Origin: a virus
Taxonomy: Duplodnaviria > Caudoviricetes
DNA length: 62,279 nt
Reading direction: 5' to 3' (one strand)
Virus record (IMG/VR): IMGVR_UViG_3300025828_000024
Span: 1 to 62,279 of that record
Positions 47,756 to 57,470 of this stretch are shown here, piece after piece (within the stretch, counting starts at the first letter, position 1; each line of letters begins with the position of its first letter). The notes under the pieces are model-generated. The model was given only the letters and a program-made list of their open reading frames with translations, did no database searches and was not told the DNA's origin. Made by a program: the position numbers and the translations under genes.

Positions 47756-47956
47756 TTAAGAATAGACAGGATTTTCGATCATGTGGTCAAACACGTCCCA
47801 CATGACATTGAGGCGGTTGCTGCCGATCTCAGCGGCATGCTTGGTGGCGAAGTGTGTCGCCTGTTGGTAGTAGCTCTCAGCCTCATAATCACGGCGTTCA
47901 GCCTTGCAACGAAGATGCATGCGATAAGCAGCGATAGCGTTGTTAAAGTGGATCAT
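47756..47956 (-). CDS. First early protein
   Basis: GAGGAG RBS before MIHFNNA. Confidence 0.65.
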   Translation of the reverse strand: MIHFNNAIAAYRMHLRCKAERRDYEAESYYQQATHFATKHAAEIGSNRLNVMWDVFDHMIENPVYS

Positions 47957-47999
47957 TGGAAACTCCTCTGAATGAAACCATGACAACGGCAACTAGATA

Positions 48000-48352
48000 G
48001 CTGCCGCTCTCGATTGTCTCACTCCAACCACCTCTGTCTTTCTCTACCCTGATCACTCTGGAAAACCTCAGCGGACATCACTTGTGGAAGGTGATGCTGA
48101 CTGACAGCGTCAGGTCCGATACCAAGCCGCGTCTAACGACGACTAACTGAACATCAGTGGTGCGCCCCGTTTGGTGGGAAGCCCGATCTTTCTGGGGAAA
48201 GTTGATTGTCGGCGTGTTGCCCGATCAACCGTCCGCTAGGAACGAAGCTCTCTCTACTGCCCGTGCGAGGCTTTATGACAATTCCGCTGAGAGGTGGCGG
48301 CGTTCGGGGTTAGGGCGAGGGGGCAAAAAAGGCCGCGTCGGCCCGTCCGACA
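48000..48352 (-). ncRNA. Candidate structured early leader RNA
   Basis: No credible CDS; long-range and local inverted repeats. Confidence 0.45.
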
Positions 48353-48358
48353 CCCACT

Positions 48359-48387
48359 TATCTAAGGGGTGATCATTCCCTTGTCAA
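48359..48387 (-). promoter_or_regulatory. Early sigma70-like promoter
   Basis: TTGACA-17-TAGATA on the minus strand. Confidence 0.7.
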
Positions 48388-48595
48388 CCCTTATGTTCCC
48401 TTATATTCCTCTATCATTGCACTAAACCCAATAAAACAAGGGATATCGTGACAAGAAAAAGTTTTGGGTGTACACTCTGGATTAGTTCAATTGCACTTTT
48501 CTGGGGATCGCTTGGCCCAGATTTCAGGTGCTGATTTGGGGGGTGATTCGCAAGAGGTCAAAACCACGAAAGCCAAGCGCAGCGTCGAGGTCAAT

Positions 48596-49123
48596 ATGAC
48601 AAGTAATAGGAACACAGGTAACAAGGGTAAGCCCAAGCTCACAATAGTGGGTAATACAGGTAAGAAGACTACAGGCACCAGAAAGAAGAGTGCCACCAAT
48701 ACCAGAGGTCTCACAGACAAGCAGGAAGCATTCGCTCAGGCCATCTTTGAGGGGGCCAACTTTAGTGATGCGTATCGGCAGTCATATGATGCAGCAAACA
48801 TGAGTAATGCAAGCATACACAATGAGGCTTGCCTGTTGGTCCAGAACCCCAAGGTGTCCATGAGATTAGAGCAGCTAAATGCTGAAAGGGAACAGCAGCG
48901 GCGCATGCAGAGCCTCTCGCGAGGTGACTTCGTTTTGAAACAGCTGACAGATGAGGCACTGAACCCTGACAATTCTGATGGGGCTAGGGTCCGCGCTCTG
49001 GAACTACTGGGCAAGAGTGTTGCACTGTTCACTGACAAAGTGGAAACAGAGGATAAGACTGAGCGGGACGCTGATGCGATCAAGGCAGAGCTACAGGCCA
49101 AGCTGGATCGCCTGTTGGGATAA
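48596..49123 (+). CDS. terS: Terminase small subunit
   Basis: LTDKQEAFA...SDAYRQSY...RVRALELLGK...LFTDK. Confidence 0.88.
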   Translation: MTSNRNTGNKGKPKLTIVGNTGKKTTGTRKKSATNTRGLTDKQEAFAQAIFEGANFSDAYRQSYDAANMSNASIHNEACLLVQNPKVSMRLEQLNAEREQQRRMQSLSRGDFVLKQLTDEALNPDNSDGARVRALELLGKSVALFTDKVETEDKTERDADAIKAELQAKLDRLLG

Positions 49124-49334
49124 AGTTCGATTGCACTTTTCCACCATGTGTTTCGGGTCGGGGTCGCCCATCTTAAATCCAAACGGAACGTGACCCCCAC
49201 CTACCCCCACCCCCCCTCATGCTCGCCCGTACCTGGACGCGCGTATACATGATGTTCCACACAAACAATTACATTACCCTAGGAATCCTATACCCCCCCC
49301 TATAATATACATTCAAAAAAGCAAATATGAAGAC

Positions 49335-49425
49335 GGCGCTGACTTGCCCTCATTTATATCGGCTAAGAACTATTCCGATTTTATTTTCAATGACTTAGGG
49401 GTGGCGCTAACTTGCCCTCATTTAT
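49335..49425. repeat. 23-bp direct repeat x2
   Basis: GGCGCTRACTTGCCCTCATTTAT at 49335 and 49403. Confidence 0.85.
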
Positions 49426-49799
49426 CGCGTGTTTTAGCTGGGATGGGATTACCACCTTTGACATAAGGCAAATGATTATCTATATTATTGGTGTGGCGGC
49501 TCTAGTTTCATCCGCATTAAGACCCTACCAAGGGCCACCTTAGCGAGCTGTTCTGTATATTGTCTAGCTATCTTAGGATTACTGCAGATTATCGCTATGG
49601 TGCCGTCCTGAAGGGTGCCGATCCACTTGTTACTTTTGACTTCCAGTAACTTGTACGCAGAAGAGTCCGCTGTTTTGGTCTTTAACGAGCATTTTGGCTT
49701 TCTGTCTTTCGTCATAGCAGGCTTTTTCAACTTGATATGTGCCTAGTTGGTAATATTCTAGTTTACCGTTCATGAGATGTATCCAGAGAAGTACCCACA

Positions 49800-50267
49800 T
49801 CACCATCTACCTAAGTATTTGCCAAGGTAATATACGGAAAGTCCTAGAAATATTACAGCCATGAGAATGCCAAGAGCAGTTGCAATGGCTTCATTGCGTT
49901 CTTCTCTGGCTTTTTCTGCAGCTTTTTTGGCTGCTTGGCGCTCTTTGCGGGCTTCTGCTTGCCATTGTTGCCACCTATCCCAGGTGCCAGAGGGAGCATA
50001 CAATCGGCAGTAGCTTTCTAGCTCCTTACGTTGCTGCCTTAGCTTCTCTAATGCTTGAAACTCTTCCCAGTCTCCCTGTTCACCGCCAGCTATTGCGGTG
50101 AATGGACTTGATTTCTTTTTATTGATTGCTTCTTTTATATCTTCTTCGGCACCAAGGAACTTACCTACAGCACCAATAAGACCTGCTGTCTCCCTACCGT
50201 TAGAGAGTGCCGTCTTGATTACAGAATATGCAGCGTTTGCAGCAGCAATAGATTCTAAGATAGCCAT
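49800..50267 (-). CDS. Membrane-anchored coiled-coil protein
   Basis: C-terminal TM segment. Confidence 0.75.
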   Translation of the reverse strand: MAILESIAAANAAYSVIKTALSNGRETAGLIGAVGKFLGAEEDIKEAINKKKSSPFTAIAGGEQGDWEEFQALEKLRQQRKELESYCRLYAPSGTWDRWQQWQAEARKERQAAKKAAEKAREERNEAIATALGILMAVIFLGLSVYYLGKYLGRW

Positions 50268-50528
50268 CTATCTCTCTATGAGTCTATCCAGCTTTCCTTC
50301 TAAACGATCTAGTCGATCTATTACGCGATCCATATCAGATTGCTGGCGGTTTACGGATACATACTCTTTGGCTATTTCCTCACGAGTACGATTCAAGAGA
50401 ACGGTTATGCGTTTTAATTCTTCGTGCTGAGACTTACACCACCACCCACCAATTGTGATGATAAGTCCCATAGCAATATCGACATACATATCCATGTGAA
50501 ATTCCATGTGAAATCCTCTCAACGCCAA
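50268..50528 (-). CDS. Small TM plus coiled-coil protein (start probably internal)
   Basis: N-terminal TM; DRLDRLEGKLDRL. Confidence 0.7.
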   Translation of the reverse strand: MALRGFHMEFHMDMYVDIAMGLIITIGGWWCKSQHEELKRITVLLNRTREEIAKEYVSVNRQQSDMDRVIDRLDRLEGKLDRLIER

Positions 50529-50587
50529 AATACCACAGGTAGGTAATTTAGTTCAATAGAACTTTCTTTCACTGGCACGTTCTTATA

Positions 50588-50672
50588 TCGGTAGACGTTA
50601 CGGTAGACGGTATATATATATCGGTAGTCTACCGATATGTATTATATTATATATATATATTATATACGCGCG
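50588..50672. repeat. CGGTAGAC repeats, palindrome and AT tract
   Basis: 50588, 50601; ATATCGGTAGTCTACCGATAT; AT-only 50640-50666. Confidence 0.65.
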
Positions 50673-50782
50673 CGTAATATGGTTATATTATAGGCTTAGA
50701 GATGGAACTCCTCCCTGGTCCATCTCTTGGCGGGCAGGCATATCCCCACCCTTTGCTTGCTCGCCTCATCAGAGGAGTAAAC

Positions 50783-52276
50783 ATGCAGAAGCTTTCTGCG
50801 ATTAAGGATAAGATATCTCAACTGCCCCTTGAACAACAGGCAGAGTTGCTAGACTTGCTCCAGCAGCTAGAGGACGCTGAGAACAAAAAGAACGCCAAGG
50901 ATGACTTCATAAGCTTTGTGAACCTCATGTGGCCTAGTTTTATTTCTGGTAGGCACCACAAAGATATGGCTGATGCCTTCGAACGTGTGGCACGAGGTGA
51001 ACTCAAGCGTTTAATTATCAACATGCCACCCCGACACACCAAGTCTGAGTTCGCTTCCTATATGCTGCCAGCTTGGTTTCTGGGCAAGTACCCTGAGAAG
51101 AAAGTTATTCAGACGGCACACACTGCAGAACTAGCAGTTGGCTTTGGTCGTAAGGTTAGAAACCTGATTCAGTCTGAGGACTTCGCCAAAGTATTCCCTG
51201 GGATTACCCTGTCTTCTGACTCAAAAGCTGCGGGGCGTTGGAATACAAACAAACGTGGTGATTACTTTGCTATTGGTGTTGGCGGTGCGGTGACTGGTAA
51301 GGGTGCCGATCTGCTAATTATCGATGACCCGCACTCAGAACAAGATGCGCAGCAAGGCCAGTTCAACCCTGAAGTGTATGATCGTGTCTATGAGTGGTAT
51401 ACGTCTGGACCTCGCCAGCGTTTGCAGCCTGGTGGTGCGATCATTGTTGTTATGACCCGTTGGTCTAAGCGTGATCTAACAGGACAAATCCTAAACTCAA
51501 TGACAGATAGGGCAGGTGTTGATGACTGGGAGGTGATTGAGTTCCCTGCAATCCTACCCTCTGGCAATCCCCTTTGGCCTGAATTCTGGTCTCAGAAAGA
51601 ACTTGATGCCCTAAAAGCAGAACTTCCTGTATCCAAATGGTCAGCCCAGTACCAGCAGAATCCAACATCTGAAGAAGGGGCGCTGATCAAACGTGAGTGG
51701 TGGCAAAAATGGGAAGGCAGCAGACCGCCAGAATGCGAAGCTATTATACAATCTTGGGATACAGCGTTTCTAAAAACTCAAAGAAGTGACTACAGTGCCT
51801 GTACAACATGGGGTGTCTTCTATCACGAGGGAGCGCCTAACATAATTCTTTTGGATGCATACAAAGAAAAACTAGAGTTCCCAGAACTAAAGCGAGCAGC
51901 ATACGATAAATACATGGAGTTTGAGCCAGACCAGATGATCGTGGAGAAAAAAGCTTCTGGTGCGCCTTTGATATTTGAGCTTCGATCTATGGGTATTCCT
52001 GTAACAGAGTTTACTCCATCAAGGGGTCAGGATAAGATTGCAAGGGTAAATGCAATAACAGACCTGTTCGCAAGCGGATCAATATGGTATCCTCCCACCA
52101 GATGGGCTGAAGAAGTGATTGAGGAATGTGCATCATTCCCGTCAGGGGATCATGATGACTTAGTGGACTCTACCACCCAAGCTCTGCTAAGGTTTAGACA
52201 AGGCGGTTGGGTGAGGGCCGAAATGGATGACTGGGATGACGAGCCAAAATACCGTAGACCAGTTGAGTATTACTAG
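50783..52276 (+). CDS. terL: Terminase large subunit
   Basis: PPRHTKS, IIDDP, MTRW, YQQNP, SWDTA, HDDLVDS. Confidence 0.97.
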   Translation: MQKLSAIKDKISQLPLEQQAELLDLLQQLEDAENKKNAKDDFISFVNLMWPSFISGRHHKDMADAFERVARGELKRLIINMPPRHTKSEFASYMLPAWFLGKYPEKKVIQTAHTAELAVGFGRKVRNLIQSEDFAKVFPGITLSSDSKAAGRWNTNKRGDYFAIGVGGAVTGKGADLLIIDDPHSEQDAQQGQFNPEVYDRVYEWYTSGPRQRLQPGGAIIVVMTRWSKRDLTGQILNSMTDRAGVDDWEVIEFPAILPSGNPLWPEFWSQKELDALKAELPVSKWSAQYQQNPTSEEGALIKREWWQKWEGSRPPECEAIIQSWDTAFLKTQRSDYSACTTWGVFYHEGAPNIILLDAYKEKLEFPELKRAAYDKYMEFEPDQMIVEKKASGAPLIFELRSMGIPVTEFTPSRGQDKIARVNAITDLFASGSIWYPPTRWAEEVIEECASFPSGDHDDLVDSTTQALLRFRQGGWVRAEMDDWDDEPKYRRPVEYY

Positions 52277-52312
52277 AAGCAGCACCGCTGCGCATGTGAA
52301 ACGGAGATAGGC

Positions 52313-54757
52313 ATGGCTATCGAAAAGCAGATGGAACCTTCTGATCTTGAGATCGAAGAAACAGACGCGACAAACATTGAAGTTGAAATAGTAAACCCAG
52401 ATGCGGTTTCTATTGAGACTGAAGACGGCGGAGTGATCATTGATTTCGAAGGGGGCATTGCTGAAGATATCATGGGTCCAGACCACGATGCCAATTTAGC
52501 AGAGTTTATTGACGAAGCTACACTCCAATCGATGGCATCTGAGCTTGTGGGGGATTTTAACTCAGACCGCGAATCACGGCAAGATTGGGCAAGAGCATAC
52601 GTCAAAGGTCTTGACCTGTTGGGCATGAAGATTGAAGAACGTAGTCAACCTTGGGCAGGTGCGTCAGGAGTATTTCACCCAGTTCTAACTGAAGCAGTTG
52701 TTAGATTCCAAGCTCAAGCTATGGGTGAAATATTCCCAGCGTCTGGTCCAGTTAAGACAAAGATTATGGGCAAGCTGACACCAGAGAAAGCTGATCAGGC
52801 TGACCGAATCCAAACTGAAATGAACTACCTACTCACGGAAGAAATGACAGAATACCGTGATGAAACTGAACAGATGTTGTTCAAACTTCCTCTTGCGGGT
52901 TCTGCTTTCAAGAAGGTTTACTATGATCCACTAGAGGATCGTCCAGTTGCCATGTTTGTTCCAGCAGAAGACTTTGTTGTTTCATATGGTGCGTCAGACC
53001 TAGCGTCTTGCCCGCGCTACACGCACATCATGAAGAAAACATCTAATGAGATTCTAGAGCTGCAGGTTGCGGGGTTCTATCGTGATGTAGACCTGCCTGA
53101 CCCAGAGCCAGACTTTACAGATATCCAAGAAAAATATGATGAGCTTGATGGGGAGAGCGCAATCATAGAAGATGATGACCGTCACACAATTCTAGAAATG
53201 CATGTTACCATGAACATGCCAGAAGAGTTTGATGATCCAGATAATATTGCTCGTCCATACGTTATAACAATCGATAAAACATCTCGTGAGATTTTAGCAA
53301 TCAGACGCAACTGGTATGAAGATGACGCAAAGAAAAAGAAACGACTCCACTTCGTTCATTACAAATATCTCCCAGGTCTTGGATTCTATGGAACGGGACT
53401 TATCCACCTTATTGGCGGGCTTGCAAAATCGGCTACCTCGATTCTCCGTCAGCTCATTGACGCTGGTACGCTATCGAATTTACCTGCTGGTCTTAAAGCT
53501 CGCGGTCTTCGCATTAAAGGTGATGACAGTCCGCTTATGCCTGGTGAGTTCAGGGACGTGGATGTTCCAGGCGGTGCAATACGGGATTCGATTACGTTCA
53601 TCCCTTACAAAGAGCCATCGTCGGTACTCTACTCTTTACTTGGAAACATTGTCGAAGAGGGACGCAGAATTGGATCAGTAGCGGATATCCAAGTAGGCGA
53701 TATGAATTCTCAGGCACCAGTGGGTACAACACTGGCGCTAATGGAACGATCCATGAAAGTTATGTCTGGCGTACAGGCGCGTATGCATGCGTCCATGAAG
53801 AACGAGTTGCGTCTATTAGCTCGTATTATTCGTGACTACATGCCAGAAGAATACGCCTATGAGATGGACGGTGACTTCAACCGCAGGCAGGACTTTGACT
53901 CTCGTGTTGATGTAATACCTGTATCTGATCCTAATGCTGCAACTATGTCTCAAAGAATTATGCAGTATCAGGCTGCGCTGCAGCTTTCTCAGCAAGCTCC
54001 TCAGTTATACGATATGGGTAAACTGCATCGCCAAATGTTAGAAGTTCTTGGCATTCAGGATGCTGATGACATCATCAAGCTACCAGATGATATCAAGCCA
54101 GCAGACCCAGTAACAGAGAACATGATGATCCTGAAACAAGAGCCAGTAAAGCCGTTCAAGTATCAGGACCACGAAGCCCATATTGCTGTTCACATGGCAG
54201 CGGCACAAGACCCGAAGATCATGCAAATTGTTGGTCAGTCTCCGTTTGCTGCGCAAATTCAACAGGCAATGGCAGCACATATCACAGAACACGTTGCGTT
54301 CCAGTATCGCCGCGAGATCGAAAAGATGCTTGGTGTTGAGATGCCAAATGAAGACGAGCCTCTGCCACAGGATATTGAAGTGCAGGTATCAAGGCTTGCA
54401 AAAGAAGCAGCAGAAAAGTTACTTCAGAAAGATCAGGCAGAAGCGCAGCAGCAGCAAATTCAGAAGCAGCAGCAAGACCCAGTGGTCCAAATGCAGCAAC
54501 AAGAGTTGCAGCTTAAAGCAAAAGAGCTTGAGCATAAGATTCAGATGGACACTCAGAAGTTGCAGCTTGATGCAATGGCAAAAAGTTCAAATGCACAAAT
54601 TCAAGTAGAGCGCATTGCGGCAGAGAATCAACGTGAGGGTGCGCGTCTGGGGGTCAAGCTTGCCACAGACTTGGATAAGTCACAGCGAGAAGATCAAAAA
54701 GAGGGTGCAAAATTGGGGATAGAAATAGCAAAGGAGCTAACGAAGGGAGATGAATGA
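52313..54757 (+). CDS. Portal protein
   Basis: Follows TerL; GSAFKKVYYD, GFYG.G; Gln-rich coiled-coil C-terminus. Confidence 0.9.
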   Translation: MAIEKQMEPSDLEIEETDATNIEVEIVNPDAVSIETEDGGVIIDFEGGIAEDIMGPDHDANLAEFIDEATLQSMASELVGDFNSDRESRQDWARAYVKGLDLLGMKIEERSQPWAGASGVFHPVLTEAVVRFQAQAMGEIFPASGPVKTKIMGKLTPEKADQADRIQTEMNYLLTEEMTEYRDETEQMLFKLPLAGSAFKKVYYDPLEDRPVAMFVPAEDFVVSYGASDLASCPRYTHIMKKTSNEILELQVAGFYRDVDLPDPEPDFTDIQEKYDELDGESAIIEDDDRHTILEMHVTMNMPEEFDDPDNIARPYVITIDKTSREILAIRRNWYEDDAKKKKRLHFVHYKYLPGLGFYGTGLIHLIGGLAKSATSILRQLIDAGTLSNLPAGLKARGLRIKGDDSPLMPGEFRDVDVPGGAIRDSITFIPYKEPSSVLYSLLGNIVEEGRRIGSVADIQVGDMNSQAPVGTTLALMERSMKVMSGVQARMHASMKNELRLLARIIRDYMPEEYAYEMDGDFNRRQDFDSRVDVIPVSDPNAATMSQRIMQYQAALQLSQQAPQLYDMGKLHRQMLEVLGIQDADDIIKLPDDIKPADPVTENMMILKQEPVKPFKYQDHEAHIAVHMAAAQDPKIMQIVGQSPFAAQIQQAMAAHITEHVAFQYRREIEKMLGVEMPNEDEPLPQDIEVQVSRLAKEAAEKLLQKDQAEAQQQQIQKQQQDPVVQMQQQELQLKAKELEHKIQMDTQKLQLDAMAKSSNAQIQVERIAAENQREGARLGVKLATDLDKSQREDQKEGAKLGIEIAKELTKGDE

Positions 54758-54935
54758 CGTTTTCACGTTACTAAATCGTAAGATTGAAGAATACGAGGAA
54801 GATATAAAAGGCTTCCTCGCATCTGGTCAAGCTGAGGACATGGCAATGTACAATCGTTTGGTGGGAAGAAACGAGGCTTTACAGTTCATAAAGCAAGACC
54901 TTAGCGATATCGAAAAGAGATATATTGAAACTTAG
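54750..54935 (+). CDS. Small hypothetical protein
   Basis: GGAG RBS; between portal and groES. Confidence 0.75.
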   Translation: MNDVFTLLNRKIEEYEEDIKGFLASGQAEDMAMYNRLVGRNEALQFIKQDLSDIEKRYIET

Positions 54936-55024
54936 AACTTTTTTCGCTATCCTTCGAAACAGGGAGACCTCGTGGCGTTGCCGCGCAAGGTGACTGTGAA
55001 CCTTAAATCACTGCAAGGACAGAA

Positions 55025-55393
55025 ATGTATACAGGTAACACAATTACAGAAGAGAAGGTAGCCTCTAAGCTACCAAAGCCACAAGGGTACAAAATCCTTA
55101 TTGGCGTACCCGAAGTCAGCGACAAAACAGAAGGTGGGGTATTTATGCCTGACGGACTTAGGTCCGCAGAAGAAACCGCATCTATTATTGGTTTTGTTAT
55201 GAGTCTTGGCCCAGATTGCTATGCAGATAAGGACAAGTTTCCAAATGGACCCTTCTGCAAGGAAGGCGACTTTGTAATTTTCCGATCTTATTCAGGCACA
55301 AGGTTCAAGATTCATGGAAAAGAATTTAGACTTATTAACGATGACACCGTTGAGGCTGTTGTTGATGATCCAAGAGGATACGCACGGGTATGA
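55025..55393 (+). CDS. groES: Co-chaperonin GroES
   Basis: PQGYKIL...KTEGGVFMP...GD.V...YSG...LINDD. Confidence 0.92.
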   Translation: MYTGNTITEEKVASKLPKPQGYKILIGVPEVSDKTEGGVFMPDGLRSAEETASIIGFVMSLGPDCYADKDKFPNGPFCKEGDFVIFRSYSGTRFKIHGKEFRLINDDTVEAVVDDPRGYARV

Positions 55394-56352
55394 GTAATCT
55401 AGCAGAAGAACAAGAATTCGAGGATGAAACAGTCGCAGAGGCTCTTGCAAAGGCACAGCAAGATCAAGATGATGACGATTCAGACTTTGAGATTGAAGTT
55501 GTAGACGATACTCCTGAAGAGGATCGTGATAAGCCTCGACGTGCAGAAGGCGCAGAGCCTAATGTGCCTGATGACGATGAAGTAAAGTCATACAGTGAAG
55601 GCGTACAAAAGCGCATCAAGCAGCTAAAGTTTGAGTACCATGAGGAGCGCAGAGCTAAGGAAGAAGCCTCTCGCCTTCAGGAAGAAGCTCTTCGATATGC
55701 TCAACAGGTGAAGCAAGAAAATGAAAGACTTCTAAAGCAGCTACAGCAGGGTGAGTCTGTTCTTGTAGATCAAGCAAAGGGTCGAGTTTCAGCAGAACTT
55801 GATAAAGCTAAGGCTGCATATAAGGCTGCTTATGAAAGCGGAGACCCTGAAGCGCTTCTTGAAGCACAGGAAAAACTAACGATACTTCAAAACGAAAAGG
55901 TTCGTTACGATAGCTATAGACCTGCAGCGCGTCCTCAGCCTCAACAACAACCTCAATATCAGCAGCAAACGCCTCTACCCCCACGTCCAAGTGATCGTGC
56001 TTTGGAGTGGGCAAAGAGAAACGACTGGTTTGAAAAAGATTCTGAGATGACTGGTTATGCTTATGGGCTTCATCAAAAGCTCGTAACAAACGGTATTGCT
56101 CCAGATAGCGAACGGTACTACAATGAAATCGACGCAGCGGTTCGCCGTGTGTTTCCAGATAAGTTTGACGATGGGTCCATAGGGGTATCAGCACCCCAAC
56201 GTCAGGCGGGTAACGTGGTTGCCCCTGCCGCTAGAAGTGGCAAAAAACCTCGCAAGATTAAGCTGACCTCAACGCAAGCCTCTCTCGCCAAGCGGCTTGG
56301 TCTGTCAAATGAACAATATGCGGCGCAATTAATGAAGGAAGCATCCAAATGA
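55390..56352 (+). CDS. Capsid scaffolding protein
   Basis: Acidic N-terminus, coiled coil, position. Confidence 0.7.
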   Translation: MSNLAEEQEFEDETVAEALAKAQQDQDDDDSDFEIEVVDDTPEEDRDKPRRAEGAEPNVPDDDEVKSYSEGVQKRIKQLKFEYHEERRAKEEASRLQEEALRYAQQVKQENERLLKQLQQGESVLVDQAKGRVSAELDKAKAAYKAAYESGDPEALLEAQEKLTILQNEKVRYDSYRPAARPQPQQQPQYQQQTPLPPRPSDRALEWAKRNDWFEKDSEMTGYAYGLHQKLVTNGIAPDSERYYNEIDAAVRRVFPDKFDDGSIGVSAPQRQAGNVVAPAARSGKKPRKIKLTSTQASLAKRLGLSNEQYAAQLMKEASK

Positions 56353-56792
56353 CAAACAGAACCTCGCGCTCTACAGAGACTCGTGAAGAGTCTAAACGCA
56401 AAGTGTCGTGGCAGAGACCTTCTATGTTACCTACCCCCGAACCCAGAGAGGGCATTGAGTACCGCTGGATTCGCACATCAACACTTGGGCAGAGTGACAA
56501 TACGAATGTTTCTTCCAAATTTCGTGAGGGATGGACACCTGTTCGGAAAGAGGATCATCCAAACCTTCACGTTGTGTCTGATATCGATTCTCGATTTACA
56601 GACAATATTGAGGTCGGTGGGTTATTGCTATGTCAGAACTCAACCGAAAATATGCAAGCTAGAAGGGACGCGCAGAATTATCAGGCCGCAAGCCAGATGC
56701 AAGCTGTTGACAACTCCTACTTGCGTAACTCAGACCCTCGTATGCCCGTTCTGAATCCAGAGCGAAGCACACGATCATCGTTTGGCAAGTAA
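56349..56792 (+). CDS. Conserved head-region hypothetical protein
   Basis: YRWIR...EGW.PV...GGLLL. Confidence 0.75.
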   Translation: MTNRTSRSTETREESKRKVSWQRPSMLPTPEPREGIEYRWIRTSTLGQSDNTNVSSKFREGWTPVRKEDHPNLHVVSDIDSRFTDNIEVGGLLLCQNSTENMQARRDAQNYQAASQMQAVDNSYLRNSDPRMPVLNPERSTRSSFGK

Positions 56793-56844
56793 CCTTTCGA
56801 GGGAGCTTGCTTGGTTGAAACTCAGATTGTGAGGAAATAGAGCT

Positions 56845-57459
56845 ATGGCTACTACAGCAGCTCCTTATGGCCTTCGTCCAGTCCGCCGTGCGGATGGAAT
56901 GCCATATGCTGGTGCAACAAACCAGTATCTCATCGATCCTGCTGGTGAAGCAACTAACCTATTCTATGGGCAAGTTGTTATCATTGGGGCCGATGGGTAT
57001 ATCGCGCTGGCTACTGGTACAGGTGCAGACCTGACCACTAACAGCATTTCAGGCACAACAGGCGTAGGCGGCATCGGCGTCTTCGTTGGTTGTGAGTATG
57101 TAAACTCTTCAGGTCAACTTGTTCAGGCACAGTATTATCCGTCTGGTACAAACAGCAATAATACTGCGATCAAAGCATATGTGGTTGACGATCCAAACGT
57201 ACTATTCCAAGCGCAGCTTGATGGTGCAGGAGCGCAAACCATTATTGGCACAAACACATTCTTTGCATCAGCACAGTCTACCTCTACTGGTGATACAGTA
57301 ACAGGTAACTCTACTTCTGCATTGGATGCGACAGTTGTAACTACAGCGGCAGCGTTCCGCATTGTTGCACATGTGTCTGATCCTGCTGACGCATATCCAG
57401 ATGTTCTTGTTAAGTTCAATCCTGGTGCGCATCAGATGACAAACAACGTAGGCTTATAA
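56845..57459 (+). CDS. Putative capsid decoration protein
   Basis: PYGLRPV...GVFVGC.Y...DDP; precedes the major capsid gene. Confidence 0.65.
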   Translation: MATTAAPYGLRPVRRADGMPYAGATNQYLIDPAGEATNLFYGQVVIIGADGYIALATGTGADLTTNSISGTTGVGGIGVFVGCEYVNSSGQLVQAQYYPSGTNSNNTAIKAYVVDDPNVLFQAQLDGAGAQTIIGTNTFFASAQSTSTGDTVTGNSTSALDATVVTTAAAFRIVAHVSDPADAYPDVLVKFNPGAHQMTNNVGL

Positions 57460-57470
57460 GGAGTTAAATA

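Noticed and set aside
48000-48352. Hammerhead ribozyme or tRNA in the leader
   Set aside because: No complete CUGAUGA/GAAA core or cloverleaf found by eye
48157-48372. 71-aa plus-strand ORF
   Set aside because: No RBS; antisense to the early promoter; better explained as structured RNA
48464-48595. N-terminal extension of TerS (similarly 50702-50782 for TerL)
   Set aside because: RBS-supported starts are at 48596 and 50783
49485-49730. 81-aa minus-strand ORF
   Set aside because: TTG start and no recognisable motif; may be real but unsupported
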